The notes beneath the pieces were generated by a model, which saw only the letters and a list, made by a program, of their open reading frames with translations, was not told the DNA's origin and did no database searches. A DNA stretch of 64,000 nucleotides from Candidatus Parcubacteria bacterium (GTDB lineage: Bacteria > Patescibacteriota > Minisyncoccia > Phycocordibacterales > CAIZLB01), in contig JBDKKY010000001.1 in assembly GCA_039795875.1 (NCBI GenBank), positions 750 to 64,749 on the forward strand, written 5' to 3'. Positions 31,320-41,741 of the stretch are shown in pieces. The number at the start of each line of letters is the position of its first letter. Position 1 is the first letter of the stretch. The translations under genes and the position numbers were made by a program.

Positions 31320-31961
31320 CTATATCATGCCCGGCACAAAGACAGCTGTATCTGGTACAAATGAGTTTACGACTTCCATAAAATCTGCGTACGCTGCAGT
31401 ACCTGGAGCATACGGATGAAAACCTATTTGGTAATATGATTTCCCGTCCATAGTGAAGAGATAATAATGTACCGTATGTGGTGCATCTTTATTTACATGC
31501 TCTATTCGTAACATCGGCACATTGGCACGAGTTTCCCAGACAGCTTTGGTTGGAGTGCCTTCATATACGTTCTCTTGCGAAACCAATGTCTGTACAAGAT
31601 TGAAAGAGTTACCTGTCACCGGATGTTTGCCAATAATAATATATTCTCCAAGGGCATATATTTCGCTTTCGATATTGGGAAATTCTTTTGATTTAAGAAG
31701 AAAGATCTGGCCATTCTTATCATGAACGGTCCACGCCCGAGAATTATATGAAAATGAAAATCCTTGCGCTACGCTTTTGTATGTTGTTTTATCCGTTGTG
31801 ACGCCTATGGTGGTGGTAGCGGTAACAGGAACTGTTGAGATGGGCGTCTGCACATCATTTCCCTCCTTGACGTCTTTTTGATATATAGCAAAGCCAATCA
31901 ATAGGATGAGAATAAAAAAGAATGCCGTGCTGCCGTTACCTTTGTTTGTAGGTTTATCCAT
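31320..31961 (-). CDS. hypothetical N-terminally anchored protein
   Basis: 213 aa; TM FFFILILLIGFAIY. Confidence 0.5.
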   Translation of the reverse strand: MDKPTNKGNGSTAFFFILILLIGFAIYQKDVKEGNDVQTPISTVPVTATTTIGVTTDKTTYKSVAQGFSFSYNSRAWTVHDKNGQIFLLKSKEFPNIESEIYALGEYIIIGKHPVTGNSFNLVQTLVSQENVYEGTPTKAVWETRANVPMLRIEHVNKDAPHTVHYYLFTMDGKSYYQIGFHPYAPGTAAYADFMEVVNSFVPDTAVFVPGMI

Positions 31962-31981
31962 ATAGCTCGATTATACCATAG

Positions 31982-33109
31982 CTATATTTCTTCATTCAGG
32001 AACTTGAAGTAATCCTTCACAAAAACCTTGTGACTCATGTATTTAAGGAAAAAGTTCATTATTTTTCTACCAAATGAAGATGTGGTGGCTGATATCTTTT
32101 GCATTCGGTGTGTAATCTTTAATGCCTTGGCGACTCTGGCCATACGTTTATCATTGTACACACGAAGTGCCACGTCTAGGTCCTTAGCCTTATATAGTTC
32201 AGAAGCCAAGACATAGGCGTCTTCCATAGCCATCGATCCACCTAGACCTGCAAAAGGTTCAAATCCGTGAGCAGCATCGCCAAGCAAGGCTATACGATTG
32301 TCATACATACACGAGGTATGTATCTCACTCAAATCACTTGGCAAAATATCCGCGGCTTGTTTATCAAGCAAAATATTTGGTACCAAAGTATTCTCTTTGG
32401 CAAATACTTTATTTAGCGTCGCCATACGATTTTCTTCTTTGTCCCACACTGTATGGTCTTGGCGAGCAACCAAGACCGCCAAGGCTTTGTCCCCTTCATT
32501 GAAAATGATAATATATTGACCTGGTTCAACGTGAGTAGATACAGCATGTGGATCAGCATATTTTGGATCAATCCAGATATACCAGACCCGCCAATCAACA
32601 AAGGTCCTGACTGCATGCTTAAAATACTTTTCTCTGGTTGCAGAACATGCACCATCTGCTCCGACCACCAAGTCATACGATTTTTTCTCTCCGTTGGCGA
32701 AGGTGACATTTGGACGTACTACATTTTCTATATCTGTAACAGTTTTTGAAAATTCAACCTTACCAGCCGGCAACTTTGATTGTAGCCCGTCGATTAGAGC
32801 CTTACGATGTATGTGGAAATAACCCATACCGTATTCTTGGAAAAATGGGTCGAAATTATATTGTTGTACTAACTCTTTTTTACCATTAAAAATATTGAAA
32901 TATCTAAATGGCTTTGCATGAGCATCGAACATGTCACGCAGACCCAACTTGGTCAGCATTCTCCGTCCATTGATCCACATACCGAGTGAAAACCCATGAT
33001 GAGACTGATCTGGCTGTTTTTCTACGATATCGTATTCTATGCCGAATTGTTCACAGAATCCTGCGAGGGCCAATCCACCAATTCCTGCTCCAATGATAAG
33101 TATTTTCAT
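31982..33109 (-). CDS. FAD-dependent monooxygenase/oxidoreductase
   Basis: N-terminal Rossmann MKILIIGAGIGGLALA and a C-terminal GDAAHGFEPFAGLGGSMAMEDA motif (FAD_binding_3-like). Confidence 0.75.
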   Translation of the reverse strand: MKILIIGAGIGGLALAGFCEQFGIEYDIVEKQPDQSHHGFSLGMWINGRRMLTKLGLRDMFDAHAKPFRYFNIFNGKKELVQQYNFDPFFQEYGMGYFHIHRKALIDGLQSKLPAGKVEFSKTVTDIENVVRPNVTFANGEKKSYDLVVGADGACSATREKYFKHAVRTFVDWRVWYIWIDPKYADPHAVSTHVEPGQYIIIFNEGDKALAVLVARQDHTVWDKEENRMATLNKVFAKENTLVPNILLDKQAADILPSDLSEIHTSCMYDNRIALLGDAAHGFEPFAGLGGSMAMEDAYVLASELYKAKDLDVALRVYNDKRMARVAKALKITHRMQKISATTSSFGRKIMNFFLKYMSHKVFVKDYFKFLNEEI

Positions 33110-33111
33110 AA

Positions 33112-33819
33112 TTATTGTTTTAATTTTGTTAGATGTTGTTTTGTTGCTTCGACGATTGCTTGATGGACTGCCTCCACGTCTCCATAGGCTCTGTATTGCT
33201 CTTGGCGACCAGGATCATTGAAGCGAACAAAGTATTGCAAAGCTTTATTTTTTGCTTTTGGATCTGTCATCTTATCGATTAAAGCGATCATTCTTTGGAG
33301 ATCGAACTCTTCCTTTGGATATTCTCTCATATACCGAGAGGCAAACTGTCGGGCATGGGCTTGGATCTCACCAAGATTGCTCAGATACTCGATGGACTCC
33401 GCGACGGTCTCTGGTTGTAATGGTGATCCAACATTGTCTATGTGCTCCACTTCGTGATAGACACTATCAATCAATGACTCCAAAGCATTCCTGATATCGG
33501 ACTCTTCGGTTGCGGCACGAAATTCTTCTAATCCGAAACTAAAACGGTTATTGTTAGAGTCATATTCCGTCGACAGTGGCTCAAACCGTACTCCATATCC
33601 CTCGGCAGTGAATACCGGTTTTCTGATCCATACAACCCCATCATTTTCTGGCCAGACCTCTAGAAGGCACTCGACGATATCTACCTGCTCTCCTTCTCTC
33701 TTTTTTCGTATATACAGTTCTGTGGCTGATCTTATTTTTTCTTCGATCAAACGAGAGAGCCTTTGTTTAATTACTTCCTGTTGTTCAGGAGAGATTAGTG
33801 TTTCTAGGATTTCAGTCAT
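33112..33819 (-). CDS. hypothetical acidic cytoplasmic protein
   Basis: 235-aa intact ORF, no recognised domain. Confidence 0.5.
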   Translation of the reverse strand: MTEILETLISPEQQEVIKQRLSRLIEEKIRSATELYIRKKREGEQVDIVECLLEVWPENDGVVWIRKPVFTAEGYGVRFEPLSTEYDSNNNRFSFGLEEFRAATEESDIRNALESLIDSVYHEVEHIDNVGSPLQPETVAESIEYLSNLGEIQAHARQFASRYMREYPKEEFDLQRMIALIDKMTDPKAKNKALQYFVRFNDPGRQEQYRAYGDVEAVHQAIVEATKQHLTKLKQ

Positions 33820-33838
33820 GAAAATGGTGTTAAATTAA

Positions 33839-34432
33839 TTATAATGAAAACATCTCTAACCAATTCTGTAACTCAGAGATGCGGGCTTGTGTGATAGCAC
33901 TCTTGCAACTTGAGATTGTAAAAGGTTGCAAACTTCCACCTTCATATTGATGTCCTTCAGCTTCACACTCACTGTCTCGATAAGCCAACCACTTCTCTTG
34001 GGATTTTTTGATCTTTGGACCGATATCTGACAAAAATTGCTCTTTCTGTGTTACTTGTGTGTATAGAGTATTCATTTGAACATCAAGATTTTGAAAAACT
34101 TCATACGCACATTGGTTCATGGGCTGTTGTTGGAGTAATTCCGCACATTCATCAGAACTTGTTGCAACATCTTCCGAAGTAGTCGTGGTGGGCATTTGCA
34201 TTACTACCCCAGATTCAACAGGCACCGGCAAGCTATATCTTTCTCCCAATCGAAAAAATACTATTGGTAAAATGATCAGCAGCACAATTACGCTTAATAG
34301 TTTTGAGTACCAGGTGACATGATTCCATTGGATAGACATATGTAAATTATACACTACCCCACGAAAAAACCCTCCCGAAGGAGGATCTTTTCTACCAATT
34401 AATTTGGCGCGACTTTGTTTTCTCGGCTGCAA
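33839..34432 (-). CDS. DUF1311 (LprI-like) domain membrane-anchored protein
   Basis: C-terminal W..YRDSECE...GGS....C.....T..R..EL pattern typical of DUF1311. Confidence 0.45.
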   Translation of the reverse strand: MQPRKQSRAKLIGRKDPPSGGFFRGVVYNLHMSIQWNHVTWYSKLLSVIVLLIILPIVFFRLGERYSLPVPVESGVVMQMPTTTTSEDVATSSDECAELLQQQPMNQCAYEVFQNLDVQMNTLYTQVTQKEQFLSDIGPKIKKSQEKWLAYRDSECEAEGHQYEGGSLQPFTISSCKSAITQARISELQNWLEMFSL

Positions 34433-34463
34433 AGCAGCTTAGAAAACAAGAAGTGCCCTTTAG

Positions 34464-34540
34464 TGGCGCGGTCGACCGGACTTGAACCGGCGACCTTCCG
34501 CGTGACAGGCGGACGCTCTAACCAGCTGAGCTACGACCGC
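34464..34540 (-). tRNA. tRNA-Asp (GTC)
   Basis: GCGGTCG acceptor, anticodon arm TCCGC-CTGTCAC-GCGGA, T-arm GCCGG-TTCAAGT-CCGGT, CCA encoded. Confidence 0.85.
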
Positions 34541-34748
34541 ATACTAAGACATTATACATAGATTTCCTTTAAAACCAAGGCCCTTGCTGACAGAATTGAG
34601 GACCGACAAAACACAATAGAACATAAGGAGTGGCGAAAAAGGCTTGACGGAGGATTTGCGAATGCAAATCTGAGTCAGAGGAAAATTCCCCTTGGGATGG
34701 GACCCAAGGGGAGTTATTCCGGTCTTTTTCAGAGCGACGTTGTTCTGT

Positions 34749-34822
34749 GTCAGTAGGTGGAATCGAACCACCGACCTTGGGCTTATGAGTCCCACGCTCT
34801 AACCGACTGAGCTATACTGACT
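34749..34822 (-). tRNA. tRNA-Met (CAT), elongator type (or tRNA-Ile2)
   Basis: GTCAGTA/TACTGAC acceptor with 1:72 paired, loop CTCATAA, T-arm GGTGG-TTCGATT-CCACC. Confidence 0.8.
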
Positions 34823-34831
34823 CTATCTTGT

Positions 34832-34902
34832 TGCGGAGCCCGGATTTGCACCGAGGCTTTCAGGTTATGAGCCTGACGAGCTACTGTTACTCCACCCCGC
34901 TA
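34832..34902 (-). tRNA. initiator tRNA-fMet (CAT)
   Basis: AGCGGGGTGGAG...GCTCGTCAGGCTCATAACCTGA...CAAATCCGGGCTCCGCA closely resembles bacterial initiator tRNA; 1:72 mismatched (A-A). Confidence 0.75.
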
Positions 34903-34952
34903 TTTCTATATACGTCTCCGTATACACATTGAAGCAGTATAATATACTTTTT

Positions 34953-35849
34953 CTATAAATGCAAACAGAATAAGCACCGTCCGGTAAAATACACCACATA
35001 CAAAGCGATGATCATAAATGGACCAAAAGGAATCTCCGTCCGGAGACCCATTCGAGGGAATATCTTTCTAAATGCAGAGCTTAATTTTCCATTAAATAGA
35101 CGAATACCGAGTGCATTGTTTTTACTTGAGAAGGCATCGATTGCCTCACCTAAAAAGATGCCACCAAGTATCACTACTGTACCGATCCAGAAAGAGTACA
35201 CAAGGGCCGTAAAGCCTTGAGATACACCCAACATCCAACCTATCACAAGAGCTAGTTTGGCGTCTCCTAGGCCCATCCAGCGGCCTCCCGACACAAGCCA
35301 CAAGAAGGCAAAAGGAGCTGCAATAATCAAACCAGCGATTAGACTTAGAAAAATATCAAGGCCTACCAAGTGTTTGACCCAAATGAATCCAAGCATTTTG
35401 ATGAAAGCTAAGACCGCGGCGGAATAAACCAATCCATTCGGAATAATCTTGTGTCTCAAATCGTACACCCCAATACATATAAGGAGCGCAGCAATGGCAC
35501 AATCGGTCATTAAAGAAATCCAATAATATATATTGGTCAGGTCAAACATCAGACCTCCCACGAATAAATACTTAGCGAAAATACTTGTGAGTACACAGGC
35601 TGTTAGAAGTTCAACTATCGGATATTGCCAAGATATTTTTGATTTACAAGTCCGGCATCGACCTTTATAAAAAATAAAACTAAATAGCGGAATCAGATCT
35701 TTGGCTTCCAGCGTTCGCCCGCAAGAAAAACATTTTGACCTTCCTTTTGAGATAGCCAACCCGGTGTTATATCTATAGATGACTACATTCAAAAAACTCC
35801 CCAGGATCAATGAGAAGAGGAAGAATAAAACAAGGAATAGATATGTCAT
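34953..35849 (-). CDS. pilD: type IV prepilin peptidase (A24 family)
   Basis: N-terminal LGSFLNVVIYR, zinc-binding CxxC...CxxC (CFSCGRTL / CRTCKSKI), multiple TM helices. Confidence 0.9.
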   Translation of the reverse strand: MTYLFLVLFFLFSLILGSFLNVVIYRYNTGLAISKGRSKCFSCGRTLEAKDLIPLFSFIFYKGRCRTCKSKISWQYPIVELLTACVLTSIFAKYLFVGGLMFDLTNIYYWISLMTDCAIAALLICIGVYDLRHKIIPNGLVYSAAVLAFIKMLGFIWVKHLVGLDIFLSLIAGLIIAAPFAFLWLVSGGRWMGLGDAKLALVIGWMLGVSQGFTALVYSFWIGTVVILGGIFLGEAIDAFSSKNNALGIRLFNGKLSSAFRKIFPRMGLRTEIPFGPFMIIALYVVYFTGRCLFCLHL

Positions 35850-36059
35850 ATAGGTACATTATATCATCACTGCACAATCGCCCCAAGCAGGATCATGGCG
35901 GTGGTAACAATCGCCAGGAAACCGAGGATAAATTTAATTGCAGTTGAATCAAGCATGTTGAGATTATAACAAAAAAAACAGAAAACCGCCCGAAGGCGGT
36001 TTTCTGCAATTTTTTGAATTTAGGTTAGAGATCTAGCTCTTAAACTAATCTGTTGAGGA

Positions 36060-37820
36060 CTAGTAAGTAACTGATGCTGTATCCATTAATTCGAATCCTT
36101 GTGTTTGTGCAACTTGTGATCCTCCTGTTGGTGTCCACAAAACTTTTGCAATCACAGCTTTGTATACTCCTGTTGAAGGGATTGAAGTTGTTCCGAAGAA
36201 TGCTGTGAACTCTGCGTTCTTAACAGCTCCTTCTGGGAATGTTGCTAGTCCACTCTCAACTACGGCTGTAGTTGTAGATGTTGAAGCAACAGCACCACTG
36301 TTTACGTTAACTAGTTGGATTACAGCTTGTAGAGTACCAGTGTTGATTGGACCTCCTTGTGCTGTAACTGTAGCAACGAACTTAGCTTCGATACCTGTAG
36401 GTTGAGCGTTTGCTCCGTTCTTGATAACAGTTGCTGATGAAGAAACTTTACCAAATTGTGGAACGACAGGGGCTAGGTAGTGGTAAGGACCTGCGATGTT
36501 AAGACCAGTCTGAGTTTCTGAAGAACCGTTTGGTTTTTCATATGTGACTTCTGTAACTGCTGTAGAAACTGTTGTTCCTGTAGCTGTGTTAGATGGGAAG
36601 TCTGCTCGGATTGTGAATGTCTTAGTTGTATCTTGTTCTACGTACACACTGTAGTTGTTTAGATCAAATGTAACTGTAGCTGGAGACGCTAGAGATGTCA
36701 CTGATCGTGCATCAATAAGTGTTGATCCATCATACAAGTATACGTTTGAAGGCAATGTACTTGAGTTTGTGTATGTTGAAGTTGTAGCGATTGAAACTTT
36801 TACAGCTGTAATCTTTGATCGGCCAGTTTCTGACTTCACAGCGAATGTAGATGTAAGAACTTTCTCTGCTCCATTTCCTGTTCGACTTACTCGGTAGTTC
36901 ATTGAGTAAACTGTTACAGCATCTGATCGTACTGAAGATTGTGATGTACCTGGTTTCTTGAATGTATGTACTCGTGTATCAGATAGTGCGTTATAACTAC
37001 TGATTCCTCGTCCATCCACTGTTCGAATACCTGATTGACCATAAACTCCTACTGTTACAACTCGATCTGAGTCAATTGAGTTTGTATCAAATGTTACTGT
37101 AAGTGTTTTTAGAGTATCTTTTGAAACTTTAACTCCTAGACCAGCGATTTGTAGGTAGTATTGATTTGGTGTAACTGAAGTATCTTTTGAGAAAGAACTT
37201 GAGTTAACGGGTACTGAAGCGATAACTGTTGAACCGTCTTTGATAGTAACTTTGTTAACCAAAGTTGCTGGGTTCTCGAGTGATCCTGCTTGAGTAACTG
37301 CAACCAATAGGTTGATTCTCTCAACTAGGATATCAGATTGCTTAGCCTTGAATTCAACTGCGTAAACTGGAACGTCAATGTTTGTTTGAACATTTGGGTT
37401 GTTTGTTACAACTGGAGAAACTCGTACTTCAGCAAATCCTTCTGATCCTACTAGTGTAGGACTTGTTGGAGTTGTTGCTGTACATGTAAATCCTGTTGGG
37501 CAAGTTGCTCCTGGAGTAGGTGTAGTTGCAACTGGTGATGAGTTAAGAACTCCTCGTGTTAGAACTCCTACAAAGCCTGTTCCTGGAAGATTGTTAGCTA
37601 ACTGGAATGCTACTACGGCTCGTTTTGTAACTGAACCGAAGTATCCTGTAGCTGCAACGTTAAAGAAACCTGCGTCTGCTAGATAGTTTTGAAGTGCTGT
37701 TACATCAGCTCCTCGCATACCTAGTTGTAGGCTTTTGTTAAACATGAATCCTTGCGCTGAAGCTGTTACAGAAACTGTAAGAGCAAGAGCAAAAATTGCT
37801 GCTGAAATTGATTTTTTCAT
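36060..37820 (-). CDS. secreted Thr/Ser/Val-rich surface protein with an N-terminal peptidoglycan-binding (PG_binding_1-like) domain
   Basis: signal peptide, then LQLGMRGADVTALQNYLADAGFF...GYFGSVTKRAVVAFQ. Confidence 0.6.
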   Translation of the reverse strand: MKKSISAAIFALALTVSVTASAQGFMFNKSLQLGMRGADVTALQNYLADAGFFNVAATGYFGSVTKRAVVAFQLANNLPGTGFVGVLTRGVLNSSPVATTPTPGATCPTGFTCTATTPTSPTLVGSEGFAEVRVSPVVTNNPNVQTNIDVPVYAVEFKAKQSDILVERINLLVAVTQAGSLENPATLVNKVTIKDGSTVIASVPVNSSSFSKDTSVTPNQYYLQIAGLGVKVSKDTLKTLTVTFDTNSIDSDRVVTVGVYGQSGIRTVDGRGISSYNALSDTRVHTFKKPGTSQSSVRSDAVTVYSMNYRVSRTGNGAEKVLTSTFAVKSETGRSKITAVKVSIATTSTYTNSSTLPSNVYLYDGSTLIDARSVTSLASPATVTFDLNNYSVYVEQDTTKTFTIRADFPSNTATGTTVSTAVTEVTYEKPNGSSETQTGLNIAGPYHYLAPVVPQFGKVSSSATVIKNGANAQPTGIEAKFVATVTAQGGPINTGTLQAVIQLVNVNSGAVASTSTTTAVVESGLATFPEGAVKNAEFTAFFGTTSIPSTGVYKAVIAKVLWTPTGGSQVAQTQGFELMDTASVTY

Positions 37821-38079
37821 AATGATTGATTTAAAATAAAAAATTGTGTTTTTGTTTATTGTCTGATTTATTAATAATTAAGTTGATAAGTCCAGACACA
37901 CAATTTTCGGGCTAAATCTTTGCGAACCCGTCTCGAGCATCATATATATAGAATATACACATGAGAATCAAAACGGACTCCAAAGGGCTAACCTGTACCT
38001 ATTAAAACGGGTACATAAGCAATATATTACACTTGTTTGCTAGGGACAGGCAAAGAGGGCTATATGTCCTTTAAAAGGC

Positions 38080-38886
38080 CTACTTTAGGGAGTACTTACT
38101 CCAGCGCCGTTCCCCTGACTTTTTGAGTGTCCCAGATAACACCAAAGAAGTCAACTCTCTCTGTATGGTCTTAGAGCTGCAGCCTTGTATGGAATCTATG
38201 AATTCATTGATGGTTACTTGACCCTTAGCCCGTACAATTTCCAGTATTTTCTTACGTCTTGACCCTATATCCATGCCTGCGGGTTGGGTAAAGTTTCGAT
38301 CTTTAGGCATGTCTCTAACAGCGGGCGTAACAGCGGGAGAGTTGTCTGAGACTGACTGTGCTGAGACTGATTGTGGAGTCGGCCGATAGACCTGAGAAAT
38401 CTGTGGTAGCGAATGACTTGTATGACTTGAGACAGCCTCATCTTTTTCTTCATGGACACCATCGCCCACACCTGTTCCGATATCTAAGACATGTGTAATG
38501 TCAACCGCAGGTTGGTCATTCAAAGTTGGTCTCAGCCCTTCAATCGCATTCATTAAAAGACGCGCATTCATCTCTGAAATAAGCTGTATATCCTTAGCTA
38601 TTCTGACCATCGAGTGCAGTTTTTGTAATGACTCTGCTGTATGACCTTTATCAAAACTAGCGACCGCCGCGACCGAAGTCTTTCGTAACCCTAAACGTAG
38701 TGGTTCGTCCAAATCAAAAAGATCTGTAACGAGATAGATTGCTTTCGAAATTGCCTCAATCTGTATCTGTCTTTTAATAACAATGGTGTTTGAATTGGCG
38801 TCGATTTGCTTGTCCATTAACTGACAGTATATATAAGACAAGTGAAAATGCAAGGCGAAAACAGCCCTTATGATAAAATAAGACAC
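38080..38886 (-). CDS. putative transcriptional regulator with a C-terminal winged HTH
   Basis: C-terminal KKILEIVRAKGQVTINEFIDSIQGCSSKTIQRELTSLVLSGTLKKSG; the true start is probably the internal MDKQID. Confidence 0.45.
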   Translation of the reverse strand: MSYFIIRAVFALHFHLSYIYCQLMDKQIDANSNTIVIKRQIQIEAISKAIYLVTDLFDLDEPLRLGLRKTSVAAVASFDKGHTAESLQKLHSMVRIAKDIQLISEMNARLLMNAIEGLRPTLNDQPAVDITHVLDIGTGVGDGVHEEKDEAVSSHTSHSLPQISQVYRPTPQSVSAQSVSDNSPAVTPAVRDMPKDRNFTQPAGMDIGSRRKKILEIVRAKGQVTINEFIDSIQGCSSKTIQRELTSLVLSGTLKKSGERRWSKYSLK

Positions 38887-41292
38887 ATGTCCAAAAAGAG
38901 TGCTAATTCTAAGAAGAAAAAAACCAAAAAAGATTATGTCTCTGAGAGCTCAAAAGGCCTTTCGGCAACTGGGTATTTAAAGAGTTTGACTCCTAACGTC
39001 TTGCCAGAGAACAGGTATGTAAAGAACACTGTGCTGGCACTTGTCTTTTTCGTCCTTTGTCTATTTTTCATACTGGCGGCGTGTGGCTTTGGTGGCACCA
39101 TTGGCACCTCTACCTATAGATGGTTCCACGGACTACTTGGTTATGGTTACTACGTATTGCCCTTCCTACTGGGTATTCAAGCCTACTTTTATGGCATACA
39201 CAAAGAGAGTAGTTCGTTTGCTAAGACTAAGATCTTTTTTTCATTATTATTATTAGCCTCTGCACTAGGAATATTCGAACTTTCTGTTGCAACCACAGGA
39301 GGGATCTTAGGCCAGTGGATTGCATCGCCTCTGATGAGCATGCTAGATAAGACGCTGAGTTATGTGGTGTTGACCGCCCTACTTTTGATCTCTCTCGTCG
39401 TGCTCTTTGAATATTCATTTGGCATGCGAAAACCAAGCGACGAAACAATCATCGGCGACGCAGAAATACAAGCAAACAAAACTCCTCGAAAAATTAGGAT
39501 TGATGGTGTTGACCTTGAGGACTTGCAAGTAAAAGACATCAAAATAAGCTCCCAAACCTTAAAAGACAATACTGATGATATAAAGGACAGTGTAAAAGAC
39601 ATGGAAAAAACCTTGGTAAATAAGGCCAAAACGGCGGCTCTTGAAGAAGCTGCCACAAAAGAAGAAGAAATGCTTCAAGTAAGCAGGAAATCTCTTTTGC
39701 TTGGCAAGCCCTACGTCCCTCCACCTCTCGCCCTACTTGAAAGAGATAAAGGAAAACCAGAAGTTGGTGACATTAAAGCTAATGCAAACATCATTAAAAG
39801 AACACTGCAGAACTTTGGAGTGCAAGTTGAGATGGACGAAATCTCTGTCGGCCCCTCAGTTACACGGTACGCGCTTAAGCCAGCAGAAGGAGTTAAATTG
39901 TCAAAGATCTTAGGTCTGCAAAATAACCTGTCGCTTGCGCTGGCCGCGCACCCTATCCGTATAGAGGCACCAATCCCTGGTAAGTCTTTGGTTGGTATTG
40001 AAGTGCCAAACACAACCAAGACTATTGTCGGGCTAGGAACTTTGTTGGGTAGTGATGAATATCAAAAATCTCCTGATCCCCTACTTGTTGCATTGGGCAA
40101 AGGAGTGTCTGGAAAAATGTATTATGAAAACCTGGCCAAGATGCCACACGTACTCATCGCCGGAACAACCGGTTCTGGAAAGTCTGTGATGATTCACAAT
40201 CTTATTACTTCTCTCTTATATAAGAACTCGCCTGAAAATTTACGATTTATTTTTATTGACCCTAAGCGCGTAGAACTTACTTTATATAATAGAATCCCCC
40301 ACCTCTTAACCCCTGTGATCACTGATCCTAAAAAAGCTATCCTTTCCCTAAAATGGGCAGGTAAGGAAATGAGTCGACGGTATGACATTTTGGAAAAATA
40401 TTCCGTCCGCGATATTGATTCATATCATAAGAATATTTTGATGCCAGCTCTCGAGAAAGCCAAACGAGACGCCAACAAGAAACCGGACACTGTTGATGAA
40501 GTGAGCGAAATGTTGCCAGATAGTATGCCTTACATTGTTATTGTGATCGATGAATTGGCTGATATCATGCAGACATATCCACGAGAACTTGAGTCAGGCA
40601 TCGTACGTTTGGCTCAAATGAGTCGTGCTGTTGGTATTCACCTCGTGCTTTCAACTCAACGGCCTTCTGTAAACGTAATCACCGGATTGATCAAGGCCAA
40701 TATCCCATCTCGATTTGCCTTGCAAGTGGCTTCTCAGATTGACTCTCGAACCATTCTGGATGCTCGTGGCGCTGAAGAACTACTTGGAAAAGGAGACATG
40801 CTCTTTATGACTGGACGAATGCCTAATCCTCAACGTGTACAGTCTCCAAATATTACTGAGGACGAGACCAAGTCAATCGTTAAGCATTTGATCAATAATA
40901 TGGAATACCTACCCGATACTATTGCGCTCGGCAATCAAGAGCAGGAAAGTTCAGGCACAAACGCCATCTTCTCTTCATCTATGGGTGATATGAGTGACCA
41001 TGATATGGAAGATGAAGACGATTTATACGCCGAAGCCAAGCAGGCTGTGATTGAGGCGAAGAAGGCTTCAACCTCATACTTACAACGCAAACTGCGCATA
41101 GGTTACTCGCGTGCCGCTCGACTTATTGATATACTTGAGTCTAAAGGAGTTATCGGACCGGCAGATGGCTCAAAGCCCCGGGACATCCTGGATGCAGGAA
41201 ACCCCACAGCACAAACATCCTCTACCCTCGAAAGCGCCGCTGACGCTTTGCTAGGAGAAGAGTCAGACGACAATAGAGATATGGTGATTTAA
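38842..41292 (+). CDS. ftsK: DNA translocase FtsK/SpoIIIE
   Basis: N-terminal TM helices; ATPase LIAGTTGSGKSVMIHN, VIVIDELADIM; C-terminal gamma-domain wHTH (SYLQRKLRIGYSRAARLIDILE). Confidence 0.95.
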   Translation: MKMQGENSPYDKIRHMSKKSANSKKKKTKKDYVSESSKGLSATGYLKSLTPNVLPENRYVKNTVLALVFFVLCLFFILAACGFGGTIGTSTYRWFHGLLGYGYYVLPFLLGIQAYFYGIHKESSSFAKTKIFFSLLLLASALGIFELSVATTGGILGQWIASPLMSMLDKTLSYVVLTALLLISLVVLFEYSFGMRKPSDETIIGDAEIQANKTPRKIRIDGVDLEDLQVKDIKISSQTLKDNTDDIKDSVKDMEKTLVNKAKTAALEEAATKEEEMLQVSRKSLLLGKPYVPPPLALLERDKGKPEVGDIKANANIIKRTLQNFGVQVEMDEISVGPSVTRYALKPAEGVKLSKILGLQNNLSLALAAHPIRIEAPIPGKSLVGIEVPNTTKTIVGLGTLLGSDEYQKSPDPLLVALGKGVSGKMYYENLAKMPHVLIAGTTGSGKSVMIHNLITSLLYKNSPENLRFIFIDPKRVELTLYNRIPHLLTPVITDPKKAILSLKWAGKEMSRRYDILEKYSVRDIDSYHKNILMPALEKAKRDANKKPDTVDEVSEMLPDSMPYIVIVIDELADIMQTYPRELESGIVRLAQMSRAVGIHLVLSTQRPSVNVITGLIKANIPSRFALQVASQIDSRTILDARGAEELLGKGDMLFMTGRMPNPQRVQSPNITEDETKSIVKHLINNMEYLPDTIALGNQEQESSGTNAIFSSSMGDMSDHDMEDEDDLYAEAKQAVIEAKKASTSYLQRKLRIGYSRAARLIDILESKGVIGPADGSKPRDILDAGNPTAQTSSTLESAADALLGEESDDNRDMVI

Positions 41293-41349
41293 CCACTTTA
41301 TAAAAACTTTAACCTTTCTTAAAGAAAATAATAATACAAAAAAGCTAAT

Positions 41350-41724
41350 ATGACACTGGGATACACCGATGGAAAAACCAAAATCAAAATAATCTTTTTT
41401 ACATTATGTATCCTAGGTATTTGTGGTCTTACCGCCTATGAACTCCGAAAAGTACTCCGCGGGCCAAACATCGTCCTTACTTGCGGTCATTGTGACCACA
41501 TCACAAGCGATGCCAACACCTACACCCTAGAAGGTCAAACCTCCAATATATCCGAAATACACCTGGGAAATAAGAAGATATACATTAGCTCGAAAGGAGA
41601 GTTTGCTGAGACGGTCCTCCTTTATCCTGGCGAAAACATGCTTTCCCTACACGCTAAGGACAGATTTGGCAAAGAAGTCAAGAAAGATGTCATTGTATAC
41701 TATAAGGGTGAAGCTAAAAAGTAA
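41350..41724 (+). CDS. hypothetical small membrane-anchored protein
   Basis: 124 aa; TM IIFFTLCILGICGLTAY. Confidence 0.5.
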   Translation: MTLGYTDGKTKIKIIFFTLCILGICGLTAYELRKVLRGPNIVLTCGHCDHITSDANTYTLEGQTSNISEIHLGNKKIYISSKGEFAETVLLYPGENMLSLHAKDRFGKEVKKDVIVYYKGEAKK

Positions 41725-41741
41725 TCAACAATTAATACAAT

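Noticed and set aside
34544-34795. 83-aa ORF in the tRNA-Asp/tRNA-Met spacer
   Set aside because: It overlaps tRNA-Met by ~47 nt and has no coding features; the spacer is better explained as structured RNA (see findings).
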